Source: a candidate division WOR-3 bacterium
GTDB lineage: Bacteria; Hydrothermota; Hydrothermia; JBDRYB01
DNA: 28,442 bases
Direction of reading: 5' to 3'
NCBI GenBank assembly: GCA_049969615.1
Contig: JBMFOM010000013.1
Coordinates: 1 to 28,442, forward strand
Shown here: positions 1-7,761 of the stretch, piece by piece
How the letters are laid out: every line of letters starts with the position of its first letter
Numbering within the stretch: the stretch's first letter is position 1
The notes under the pieces: model-generated
Databases searched by the model: none
The model's input: the letters and a program-made list of their open reading frames with translations, nothing else
What the model was told of the DNA's origin: nothing
Made by a program: the position numbers and the translations under genes

Positions 1-632
1 CCATCGTGAGAGGGGTGGAAATCCCCAACCACCACCTGTGAGCTGGCTTTTTTCTTCACTTTCCTGAGAACCCTCTCAAAGGTCTCCTCCGTCTCATCCG
101 GAAGGAACTCAAGCCCAATCACTTCCCCCTCAGGGGACACGGCTATGTTGAAGCCCCAGCTCTTGCTTTTTATCCTGATGTATCCCTGGTCTATGTGAAC
201 TACGGGACAATCCCTCTTTCTCCTTCTCAATCTCTCCTCAAGATCAAACCCAAGCCTGAGAAGGCGCTTGTAGACGCCTGAGGGAGAGACACCCCCTCCC
301 GTGATGGCCCTCATGACCTTAGCCGTGTTCTCAACCGAGAGCCCCAGATACCATAGGAGACAGGCCAGGTTCCACAGCCTATCCGAATAAGGGGATAGCT
401 TTGAGATGCCCCTGGGATAGTGGATGAAGGTCTTGCCACATACCTGGCAGGAATATCTCTTTGTCCTTATTGCTATTGGTTCTTTTCCCATGTCCCATAT
501 CTGTCTCTCTATCCACTCTTTCCTTACTACCCTTCCTCTCTTGCAATGGGGACACAGTGGCTTTCCTGCGGGTTCTGTCTCAAGCTCCCCGAGGTTAATG
601 ACGCTATTTATCCTTCTGGTCCTCTCCTTCAT
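1..632 (-). mobile_element. IS-type DDE transposase, N-terminal ~210 aa (runs off the window edge)
   Basis: Manual translation of the minus strand from ATG at 632 is open to position 1: MKERTRR...CPHCKRG...RYSCQVCGKTF (zinc ribbon), LWYLGLSVENTAKVMRAITGGGVSPSGVYKRL (HTH-like), VVHIDQGYIRIK and VVVGDFHPSH (first two acidic motifs of an RNase H/DDE fold). Architecture resembles IS6/IS1/ISL3-type transposases; family not assignable by eye. Confidence 0.8.
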
Positions 633-711
633 ACCCAGAGAATAAGGCAAGTGGTCAATCAGGGGCCAGCTAGAGGCCAGCCGGGTGAAGGATCACGAGC
701 CTGAGGTCAGC

Positions 712-740
712 TTGATCCCGGCCGCGGCAGACAGTAAAAT
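712..740 (+). promoter_or_regulatory. sigma70-type promoter of the protease gene (leaderless)
   Basis: TTGATC (712-717) - 17 nt - TAAAAT (735-740), then 6 nt to ATG 747; no SD. Confidence 0.6.
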
Positions 741-746
741 ATAGCC

Positions 747-1823
747 ATGGTTCTCCTCACCCTCCTGATTGGAGGGGGGCTGTGGTATCTGGAAAATGTG
801 GATACCATGGCCGTTGTTGGCATACAGACAACTCTTGGATCGGGCAGTTGTCGCGGCACCGGTTTCTTCGTGGCTAAGGGGGTTGTGGCTACCTGTTGTC
901 ATGTCGTTTTTCCACAAAGCCCTAGCGATAAGATAAAGGATCTTCTCATCCTCAAATGGACGGGCGACACGATTCCGGTCATCGGAATCCTCGGGATGGA
1001 CCCCAGAAATGACATCTGTTTGTTATCCGTTGCTGACACTACCACTGCCCCAATGGCTATGGGAAACCAGAACCAGGCCAGGCTGGCCGCGGCGGTTGTG
1101 CCCTATCCGTGGCAGAAATCAGGTGTGATGCGGCCGCTCCGCCTGGAGTTTCTCAGAGAGGAAACCTGGAGCGATGGAGTCAGGAACCTCGTGGTCTCGG
1201 CTGGCCCTGTTCCGGGCTACAGTGGCTCACCTTTGCTAAGCGACCCGATCTATGGCCCTAACAGGGTGGTTGTTGGCATGATAACGGCCACGGGCATGGG
1301 CGGCTCGGCTTTCGTGGTTGAACCAGAACCCATAAACACTCTGTTGGCCCAATCCCTTGGCATGCCCTCGGTTCCACATCAGGAGGCATTCAGAGCCTAT
1401 AGGCTTGATCCTGCTGGTTTGCGTGAGATGGCAAGATGTTCCTGGGCGATGGGCAACCTGCAGGAAGCCGAGAATTGCTACATCCTTTCCCTTCAACGGG
1501 ATCCCCTCAACCCGACCACTCATGAGGAATACGCGTCCTTCCTCTGGACTCTTGCAAGGGAACGGGGAGACCAAGCCCTCTTTGAGATGGCTGAGGAACA
1601 CTACCGGCAAGCCATGCAACTCAGGAATGATCCCCGCCTTCACGAGCTCATAGCCTTCCTCTACCTAGAAATGGACCGCTACACCGAGGCCGGCGAAGAG
1701 CTCAGTCGGGCCGCGTATCTATATGAGGAAAGGGGTCAAGAGGCAAAGGCTGATAGCCTGAGGTTCCGGATGAAGGTCGTGTCATCCTGGGGACAACTGG
1801 GCAAGGAGGGACAACTAAAGTAG
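747..1823 (+). CDS. Trypsin-like serine protease with C-terminal TPR repeats, probably exported or membrane-anchored
   Basis: GTGFFV...ATCCHVV (His), DICLL (Asp), PGYSGSPLL (Ser) triad motifs; helical TPR-like repeats (GNLQEAENCYILSLQRDP; AEEHYRQAMQL); hydrophobic N-terminus. Confidence 0.85.
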   Translation: MVLLTLLIGGGLWYLENVDTMAVVGIQTTLGSGSCRGTGFFVAKGVVATCCHVVFPQSPSDKIKDLLILKWTGDTIPVIGILGMDPRNDICLLSVADTTTAPMAMGNQNQARLAAAVVPYPWQKSGVMRPLRLEFLREETWSDGVRNLVVSAGPVPGYSGSPLLSDPIYGPNRVVVGMITATGMGGSAFVVEPEPINTLLAQSLGMPSVPHQEAFRAYRLDPAGLREMARCSWAMGNLQEAENCYILSLQRDPLNPTTHEEYASFLWTLARERGDQALFEMAEEHYRQAMQLRNDPRLHELIAFLYLEMDRYTEAGEELSRAAYLYEERGQEAKADSLRFRMKVVSSWGQLGKEGQLK

Positions 1824-1963
1824 TAATAACTCACTGGTTTGAACTATGGGCACCCTGTCCAAGAGAAAAGGTTCTAAGAGGGACTCCCTGAAAAATCCCG
1901 CCACGAGGGCACTCCCTTAGGGTTCTCTTCTGGCTATGATAAGGCTTTCGGATAGGGACCAAG
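1816..1963 (+). repeat. Dispersed intergenic repeat, copy 1 (modules A+B, degenerate)
   Basis: Aligns by eye with 26284-26456 and 22662-22748 (AGTAATAACT..TGGTTTG..CTGTCCAAG..GGTTCTAAGAGGGAC; CTGAAAAATCCC..AGGGTTCT..TATGAT). Confidence 0.8.
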
Positions 1964-2090
1964 AAAGGCTATTGTTTCCTGGAGATGGTTGGGTATTGAT
2001 GGTCAGAAGTTGCGTTGATCCCTTCTAAGACCATGGAGGATAATATTCCCGCGTTGACCCAATGTCAGATTTGTCGGCGAGGCGTTACTT

Positions 2091-2118
2091 GGAACAATTT
2101 CCGGGGGGAGGGGTCTAA
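2091..2118 (+). promoter_or_regulatory. Putative ECF (sigmaE-like) autoregulatory promoter
   Basis: GGAACAA (2091-2097) - 16 nt - TCTAA (2114-2118), matching the GAACTT-N16-TCTAA pattern, directly upstream of an ECF sigma gene. Confidence 0.5.
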
Positions 2119-2625
2119 ATGGCAGATGTGGACCGTGAAAGCCTGTTTGAGGGATTAGTGGAGGATTATATGGAGAGGATATATAACCTCTGCTACTACA
2201 TGACCGGAGAGCCAGAGGTAGCCCGCGAGCTCACCCAGGAGTCCTTTCTCAGAGCCTACAAGGCCCTGGATAGGTTCCGTGGCGAGAGCTCTCACTACAC
2301 CTGGCTCTACAAGATAGCCCTCAACAGGTGTAGGACATATCTCAAAAAGAGGGGAAAGGAACGAAATGTTTCTCTGGACGAGCTTGAGGACGCGGGTTGG
2401 GATCCGGCCGAGGACCCCCCGGATAACATGCTGGAGATAATGACCGTGAGAAAGGCCCTTGCCTCCCTGCCCCCTGAGCACAGGGAAATTCTCCTCCTGT
2501 TCTACTTTGACGAGTTGAAATACGAGGAGATAGCGGAGGCCCTGGACATCCCCATGGGGACAGTGAAGTCCAGGCTTGCCAGGGCAAAATCTGCCCTGAA
2601 GGAGGCGATAGGAGATGAGCCGTAA
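2119..2625 (+). CDS. ECF RNA polymerase sigma factor (sigma70 group 4)
   Basis: Region 2 motifs (ELTQESFLRAY..L..FRGESSHYTWLYKIALN) and region 4 HTH (LKYEEIAEALDIPMGTVKSRLARAK); 168 aa. Confidence 0.95.
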   Translation: MADVDRESLFEGLVEDYMERIYNLCYYMTGEPEVARELTQESFLRAYKALDRFRGESSHYTWLYKIALNRCRTYLKKRGKERNVSLDELEDAGWDPAEDPPDNMLEIMTVRKALASLPPEHREILLLFYFDELKYEEIAEALDIPMGTVKSRLARAKSALKEAIGDEP

Positions 2626-3091
2626 AATTGATGACGATCGCATAGAAGAGATTCTCAGAGGCTTGCCCAGGCTCCAACCGCCCCCGGGCCTCAAGAGGGA
2701 GATATACGCGAGGGCCAGGGCTTCAAGTTCCAGAAAGAAGTGGCTCTGGGCCCTGAGCCCAATACCCGCGGCCGCGCTTGCGGGGGTTCTCGTTGCTGTT
2801 TTGCTCAATACCTGGCACAGAAAATCCATCCCAACTCCCATTCCGCACGAGCCCGTGGTTGTCGCACCCGCAGACGGGGAGGTCCTTCTGCCCGATGAGG
2901 TGGAGTTCATGACCTATGGCGGAGAGGGCAGGGTTGAGCTGGACGGTATTCCCGTTGCCGCCAAACAACAGAAGGAACCCGGAGCCTTCATATACATACC
3001 CCAGGACCTTGAACCGGGTTATCACAGGGTCGTCATAGAGATAGACGGCAAGAAGGTTGAAGCCTCTTTCTTTGTGGAGGAACCAGAATGA
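2615..3091 (+). CDS. Putative single-pass anti-sigma factor with extracytoplasmic Ig-like domain
   Basis: Overlaps the sigma stop; short cytoplasmic N-terminus with a PPPGLKREI motif, one TM helix (WALSPIPAAALAGVLVAVLL), beta-rich C-terminus (LEPGYHRVVIE). Confidence 0.75.
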   Translation: MSRKIDDDRIEEILRGLPRLQPPPGLKREIYARARASSSRKKWLWALSPIPAAALAGVLVAVLLNTWHRKSIPTPIPHEPVVVAPADGEVLLPDEVEFMTYGGEGRVELDGIPVAAKQQKEPGAFIYIPQDLEPGYHRVVIEIDGKKVEASFFVEEPE

Positions 3092-4278
3092 CGCTCATCG
3101 CCCTCACTGGATTTCTCATTGTCCAGACCAACCCATCGGAGATTGAGCTGGAGTCCGGCGAGAGCCAGCGTATTGAGATAACAGCCACAACCATGATGGG
3201 AAAGGTTGAGGGATTTGAGCTCAGCGCCAAGGTTATCCCTGAGCAGAGGGGCTATTTCTCAGAGGGTAGGTTTGTGGCCGGAGAACCGGGGCCAGGCCTA
3301 ATAATATTTGAGGTCAGATACAAGGATCAAGTTGGCATAAAAGCCATCCCGGTCAAGGTCCTCACCGCGCAGGAGGGGCTTTCACCAAAAGAAGCCGTGC
3401 TGACAGTAGGGGATACACTGATATTCTCCGTGAAATCCGGAACGCCTGAGGTGTGGCGGGTAATGCCCCCCTGGCTGGGGACAATAAAAAACGGGGTTTT
3501 CGTAGCGGAGAACCCAGGCAGGGGTGTCGTGACACTGAAAACAGATCTGGGTTTTCACAAGGCAAAGATAGTCATAGAGGGTCTGGAATCAGAACCATCT
3601 GTTCTCTATCCATCGGAGGCGGTTCTCTTTCCCGGGGAGTCCATCACATTCCCCGTGCCTTCATCGGGCGTGCTTGCGGTTGATCCGCCCGATTTGGGAA
3701 GACTTGATGTCAACACATTCACCGCGGATAGGCCCGGCAACGGCTTGGTGTGGGCCACCTGGGAGGAATCCGGAACCCGCAAAACAGCGAAGGCTTTTAT
3801 CAGGGTCCTGCCCGCAATTTTCCTCAGGCCTGGCGAGAGCATGGAGATACCCCTTCCGGGAAAGGCCAAAAAGGCGGGAGTGGAGGTTTCCGGCAAGGGT
3901 GTAACCGCGGATGTCAGCTCCGGCAACCTACTTATTGTCGCTAAAGCTGTTGGCTATGGAACCATAACCGTCCGGAGGGGAAAGGGCAATAACAAACGCG
4001 TCTTTCCCTACATAGTTGGAGACAAGCTCATCAGCCTCGGGCCGCGAGAGGTTTCCCTCGCGCCCGGCGAGGAGTTCAGGCCAGCTCCTTTCGCCTCTCC
4101 AAAGAGCAAGGGTGTTTCCCTTTCCTATACGGTCTTGCCTTCGGAGGCCGGCTGGATGGAAGGCACCGTGTTCAAAGCCGGGGACTGGAAGGGTGAGGCA
4201 TGGCTCATTGGCGTCGCGCCGGAGAGCGAGGGTGGTTCAGGTGGATTTGTTCGCCTCATTATAGTTCCGAAGAAATAG
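3088..4278 (+). CDS. Exported protein with repeated Ig-like beta-sandwich modules
   Basis: ATGA-coupled to the anti-sigma; about 4-5 repeats of a P.E..L..GE....F / G.F.A..PG.G pattern; short hydrophobic N-terminus. Confidence 0.65.
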   Translation: MTLIALTGFLIVQTNPSEIELESGESQRIEITATTMMGKVEGFELSAKVIPEQRGYFSEGRFVAGEPGPGLIIFEVRYKDQVGIKAIPVKVLTAQEGLSPKEAVLTVGDTLIFSVKSGTPEVWRVMPPWLGTIKNGVFVAENPGRGVVTLKTDLGFHKAKIVIEGLESEPSVLYPSEAVLFPGESITFPVPSSGVLAVDPPDLGRLDVNTFTADRPGNGLVWATWEESGTRKTAKAFIRVLPAIFLRPGESMEIPLPGKAKKAGVEVSGKGVTADVSSGNLLIVAKAVGYGTITVRRGKGNNKRVFPYIVGDKLISLGPREVSLAPGEEFRPAPFASPKSKGVSLSYTVLPSEAGWMEGTVFKAGDWKGEAWLIGVAPESEGGSGGFVRLIIVPKK

Positions 4279-4300
4279 GCCGTTCGCTCGGTTCTCCGTA

Positions 4301-5179
4301 TCACATGGAAATAATCTCCTCTGCCCTATAACTGCTCCTCACCAGCGGGCCAGACGCGACATGCTCATAACCCATTTCCTTTGCCCACCTCGCGTACATG
4401 ACAAACCTTTCTGGTTCCACGAACCTGACCACAGGTAGGTGATCCCTAGTGGGTTGGAGATACTGGCCAATTGTTACTGAGGTCGCCCCGGCTTCCCGGA
4501 TATCCCGTAATGTTTCGGCTATCTCCTCGTCCGTTTCGCCCAGGCCCACCATGAACCCTGATTTTACCAGGGCCTTTCCATGTTCTGCCGCTATTTTCAG
4601 AACCCGGAGCGATATCTCGTAATCCGCGCGAGGGTCCCGAACTGTAGGGGTCAATCGCCTCGTGGTCTCGGTGTTGTGTGCGAATACATCCGGCCCTGCA
4701 TCCAAAACGGTTTCAATTGCCTCCACGCCCCCGCGGAAATCCGGCACCAGAACCTCAACCATGGCCCCAGCCCCTTTCACCGCGCGTATCGTCATGGCAA
4801 AATGCCCCGCGCCAGCATCCGGTAGGTCGTCCCTCGTCACAGAGGTTATCACCGCGAAGCCTATCCCCATTTTTTTGACTGCCTCTGCGACGCGCTCCGG
4901 TTCATCCGGCTCAGGCGGTTTCGGTTTTCCCGTAGTGGTAGCACAGAACCCGCACCGTCTGGTGCAGGTATCCCCAAGGATCATGAAGGTCGCGGTTCCC
5001 CGGCCCCAGCACTCGGATATGTTCGGGCACCGCGCCTCTTGGCAGACTGTGTGCAATCTCAGCTCCCTCAAAATCTTGCTGGTGCCCGGGAACCGGCCCC
5101 TTCCAGGCAGGGGAACCCTGAGCCAGGGAGGCTTTCTCTTTGGTCCTTCTTCAGGGCTATGGGGTAAGTTTTCGGGCAT
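4301..5179 (-). CDS. lipA: Lipoyl synthase
   Basis: RKPPWL, CQEARCPNISEC (CX4CX5C), radical-SAM CTRRCGFC, C-terminal RSSY motif. Confidence 0.97.
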   Translation of the reverse strand: MPENLPHSPEEGPKRKPPWLRVPLPGRGRFPGTSKILRELRLHTVCQEARCPNISECWGRGTATFMILGDTCTRRCGFCATTTGKPKPPEPDEPERVAEAVKKMGIGFAVITSVTRDDLPDAGAGHFAMTIRAVKGAGAMVEVLVPDFRGGVEAIETVLDAGPDVFAHNTETTRRLTPTVRDPRADYEISLRVLKIAAEHGKALVKSGFMVGLGETDEEIAETLRDIREAGATSVTIGQYLQPTRDHLPVVRFVEPERFVMYARWAKEMGYEHVASGPLVRSSYRAEEIISM

Positions 5180-5320
5180 TACAAGAAACCCCTGATAATT
5201 TGCGGAAGCAATCCTCGCGGTTGCTCAAAACGCGGTTTGAAAGACCCGGGTCTGGAAGGAAATTGGTAGCACGGAAAACCCTGCTGGGACGCGATCCAAA
5301 AAGTTGGGTTGAATCAGGCC

Positions 5321-7036
5321 TCATCTCTTCCTGAGAACCAGCCATTCCCCGATTGCCAGGCCGTCCAGGTCGGATTTCAGTAGGGTATATACCGCGTCAC
5401 GGGGCGAACAGACAATAGGGTCGCCGTGGAGATTGAAAGAGGTGTTCAACACGGCCCCGACCCCTGTCTTTGCCTCAAACGCCTTTATGACCCTGTAATA
5501 TGTGGGGTTCTGTTCCTTTCTGAGAACCTGCGGTCTGCCCGTGCCATCCGCTGGATGCAGGGCCGCGGGAATCTCCCTTCGCGCCAGCGGCGTCGTCGGA
5601 AAAGCTATCATCATGTAGGGCGCGGGGTGGTCTTTTGGATTAACAAGATAATCGTGCCTTCTCTCGTGAAGAATCGTTGGTGCGAACGGCATCCAGAAAT
5701 CCCTCATCTTTATTGCCCTGTTGATCCTGTCAACCACCTCACGGTTTCTCGGATCGGCAAGTATGCTACGGTTTCCCAAAGCCCTTGCGCCGAACTCCAT
5801 CTTGCCATAGAACCTCGCTATTATCTTTCCTTGGGCCAGGAGCTGGCCAACCTGCTCGTGGATGCCATCACCCTCGTGTGAGACAGCGAAACCCTCGCCC
5901 AATTCATCAAAAGCCTTCCGGATCCGCTCTTCTGTGAACTCGGGCCCCAAATAAAGGGTTTCCAGGGCACTGTAATCACCATTCCCGGTCTCAAGATAGG
6001 CCATCAGGGCCGCGGCCAGGGCGAGGCTCTCGTCCCCAGCGGATGGCATTATGAAAAGCTCATCCACGCCCTCGGCCTCAAGGAGGAGGTTGTTGAGCTT
6101 GACATTCATGAAAACCCCGCCAGCTAGCGCCACTGAAGACATTCTCGTTTTTTTGATGGCGGACTCAGCCCAGGCTAGGATTGTTTCCTCAAGAATCCTC
6201 TGCGCGGCAAAGGCCACCGCGTCAAACCTAAAGCCAGCGAGGTCTTTGTTCAGTTTCCGGAGGTAATCCCTTTTCCAGGCGCCTGACCTGTTTATAAAGG
6301 CGAGCTTATCGGGGATCACGCTGAAGTATTTTCTGAGTTTATCGTATGCCCCCTCGCCCATATCCTCAGGCGCATACGGCGCCAGGCCCATCACCTTATA
6401 TTCGTGGGAGAGGGGTTTCATGCCCAGGTATTGGGTTATCCGCGTGTAGAACTCGCCTATGGAGTTATAGTTGGACACGGACGAGAGCCGAACCAGCTTT
6501 TTGCCCCTGCCGAGCGCAACAGTCGCGGAGAGCATGTCTCCAGAGCCATCAGCAGTGAGCACGAGGTTTTCCTCTCTGCCGGAGAACAGGTGCGCGCCAA
6601 GGCCGTGCGCGTCATGGTGCTCGTAGAAAAGGGTTGGCGCGCTTATACCCATATCCGCTAGTCTTGAGACAACAGAACGTTTTCTCCGTTTGACTATGCC
6701 GGCAGAGAGAAACCTTGCGCCCGAAAGCCACGCGCCGTTATACAGCCAGGGCTTGGGCATTACCCTGCTAGCGGCCCAGAACAGCCTCTTGCCAGGATGA
6801 GCCATCTCGTAGTCAGCAGAGGTTATGGGCGGGAAAAACGTGGCAATCCCAACCACGCTAATATCCTTCGGGTCCGCTCCGGCCAGCCTGGTGGCCTCAG
6901 ATATGGCCCTTTCGGGGAAGCCTCCCCATTCCTTTTGGCGGTTCAGCCGTTCCTCGGAGACCGCGGAGACAAGCTTCCCATCAACCACCACAGCTGCCGT
7001 GGCTGTATGGCCATCATGAATTCCAAGGCTTATCAA
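5321..7036 (-). CDS. Carbamoyltransferase, NodU/CmcH/TobZ family
   Basis: LGIHDGH, EERLNRQK, EHHDAH, DGSGD, EYKVMGLAPY, EFGARALGNRS, FWMPFAP, LNTSFNLHG motifs. Start placed at TTG 7036 (M-ISLGIHDGH is the family N-terminus) rather than 7138. Confidence 0.92.
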   Translation of the reverse strand: MISLGIHDGHTATAAVVVDGKLVSAVSEERLNRQKEWGGFPERAISEATRLAGADPKDISVVGIATFFPPITSADYEMAHPGKRLFWAASRVMPKPWLYNGAWLSGARFLSAGIVKRRKRSVVSRLADMGISAPTLFYEHHDAHGLGAHLFSGREENLVLTADGSGDMLSATVALGRGKKLVRLSSVSNYNSIGEFYTRITQYLGMKPLSHEYKVMGLAPYAPEDMGEGAYDKLRKYFSVIPDKLAFINRSGAWKRDYLRKLNKDLAGFRFDAVAFAAQRILEETILAWAESAIKKTRMSSVALAGGVFMNVKLNNLLLEAEGVDELFIMPSAGDESLALAAALMAYLETGNGDYSALETLYLGPEFTEERIRKAFDELGEGFAVSHEGDGIHEQVGQLLAQGKIIARFYGKMEFGARALGNRSILADPRNREVVDRINRAIKMRDFWMPFAPTILHERRHDYLVNPKDHPAPYMMIAFPTTPLARREIPAALHPADGTGRPQVLRKEQNPTYYRVIKAFEAKTGVGAVLNTSFNLHGDPIVCSPRDAVYTLLKSDLDGLAIGEWLVLRKR

Positions 7037-7152
7037 GTCATATATTATAATCCATTTTCTGCGCCGGATCATGTTGTCCCCTCGTCCCTCCCTACTTGAT
7101 CTATTCTTCCCGGCCGGTGCATAATTATCCCACCTCAAAGGGGGTGTTTTAG

Positions 7153-7713
7153 ATGAAGCAGTTTCTAAAAGGCGCGAGTTTTCATCTGCTCATGGACTTC
7201 GTTCGCGAGGTTCTGGGCGAATCCGTCTTGGGTGAATTGTTGGAGGGTTTGAGCCCGGAGGCCAAAAATACCTTTACCAGTAAAATAATTCCGGGTGAGT
7301 GGTATCCGCTGGATCACTTTACCGAACTGGAGAAAGCCATAGTAGATAGATTCTTTAACAAAGAACTGAGATACGCCAGAAAGATAGCCGCGTTCACCAT
7401 GGACAGGGCATATGAGGACATATACCGCCTGGCTTTTATAACGATAAAGAGACCGCGAGACGCGCTCATGCTCATAGAGCAATTCTGGAACCTTTACAAC
7501 AAGCCCGGCCATATCAAAATTGATATAGGGGAAGGGAGAGCAAAAGGCAGGCTATATGGAATCTATGCTATAGACGATATCCACAAGGAGCATCTTTGCG
7601 GTTGGGGCGAAAGGCTTTTGGAAAGGGCCGGCGCAAAAAATCCTCATTTGTCGTGGGAGCAGGATGGCGAGGACATAATATTTTATTTCAACTGGGAGGA
7701 ATCCACGGATTGA
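7153..7713 (+). CDS. DUF2378/TIGR02265-like protein (H-NOX/V4R-like small-ligand-binding fold)
   Basis: N-terminal LKG, WYP motif, FWNLYNKPG, GW...LL..AGA and C-terminal F.W pattern recalled for this family; SD GGGGTG upstream. Confidence 0.6.
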   Translation: MKQFLKGASFHLLMDFVREVLGESVLGELLEGLSPEAKNTFTSKIIPGEWYPLDHFTELEKAIVDRFFNKELRYARKIAAFTMDRAYEDIYRLAFITIKRPRDALMLIEQFWNLYNKPGHIKIDIGEGRAKGRLYGIYAIDDIHKEHLCGWGERLLERAGAKNPHLSWEQDGEDIIFYFNWEESTD

Positions 7714-7761
7714 TTCCCTGGCCCCACCTCTTTGCCGGCCATTTCCCACACACTGACCGGT

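Noticed and set aside
420-704. Plus-strand ORFs 420-704 and 424-645
   Set aside because: Antisense to the transposase reading frame, which has clear motifs.
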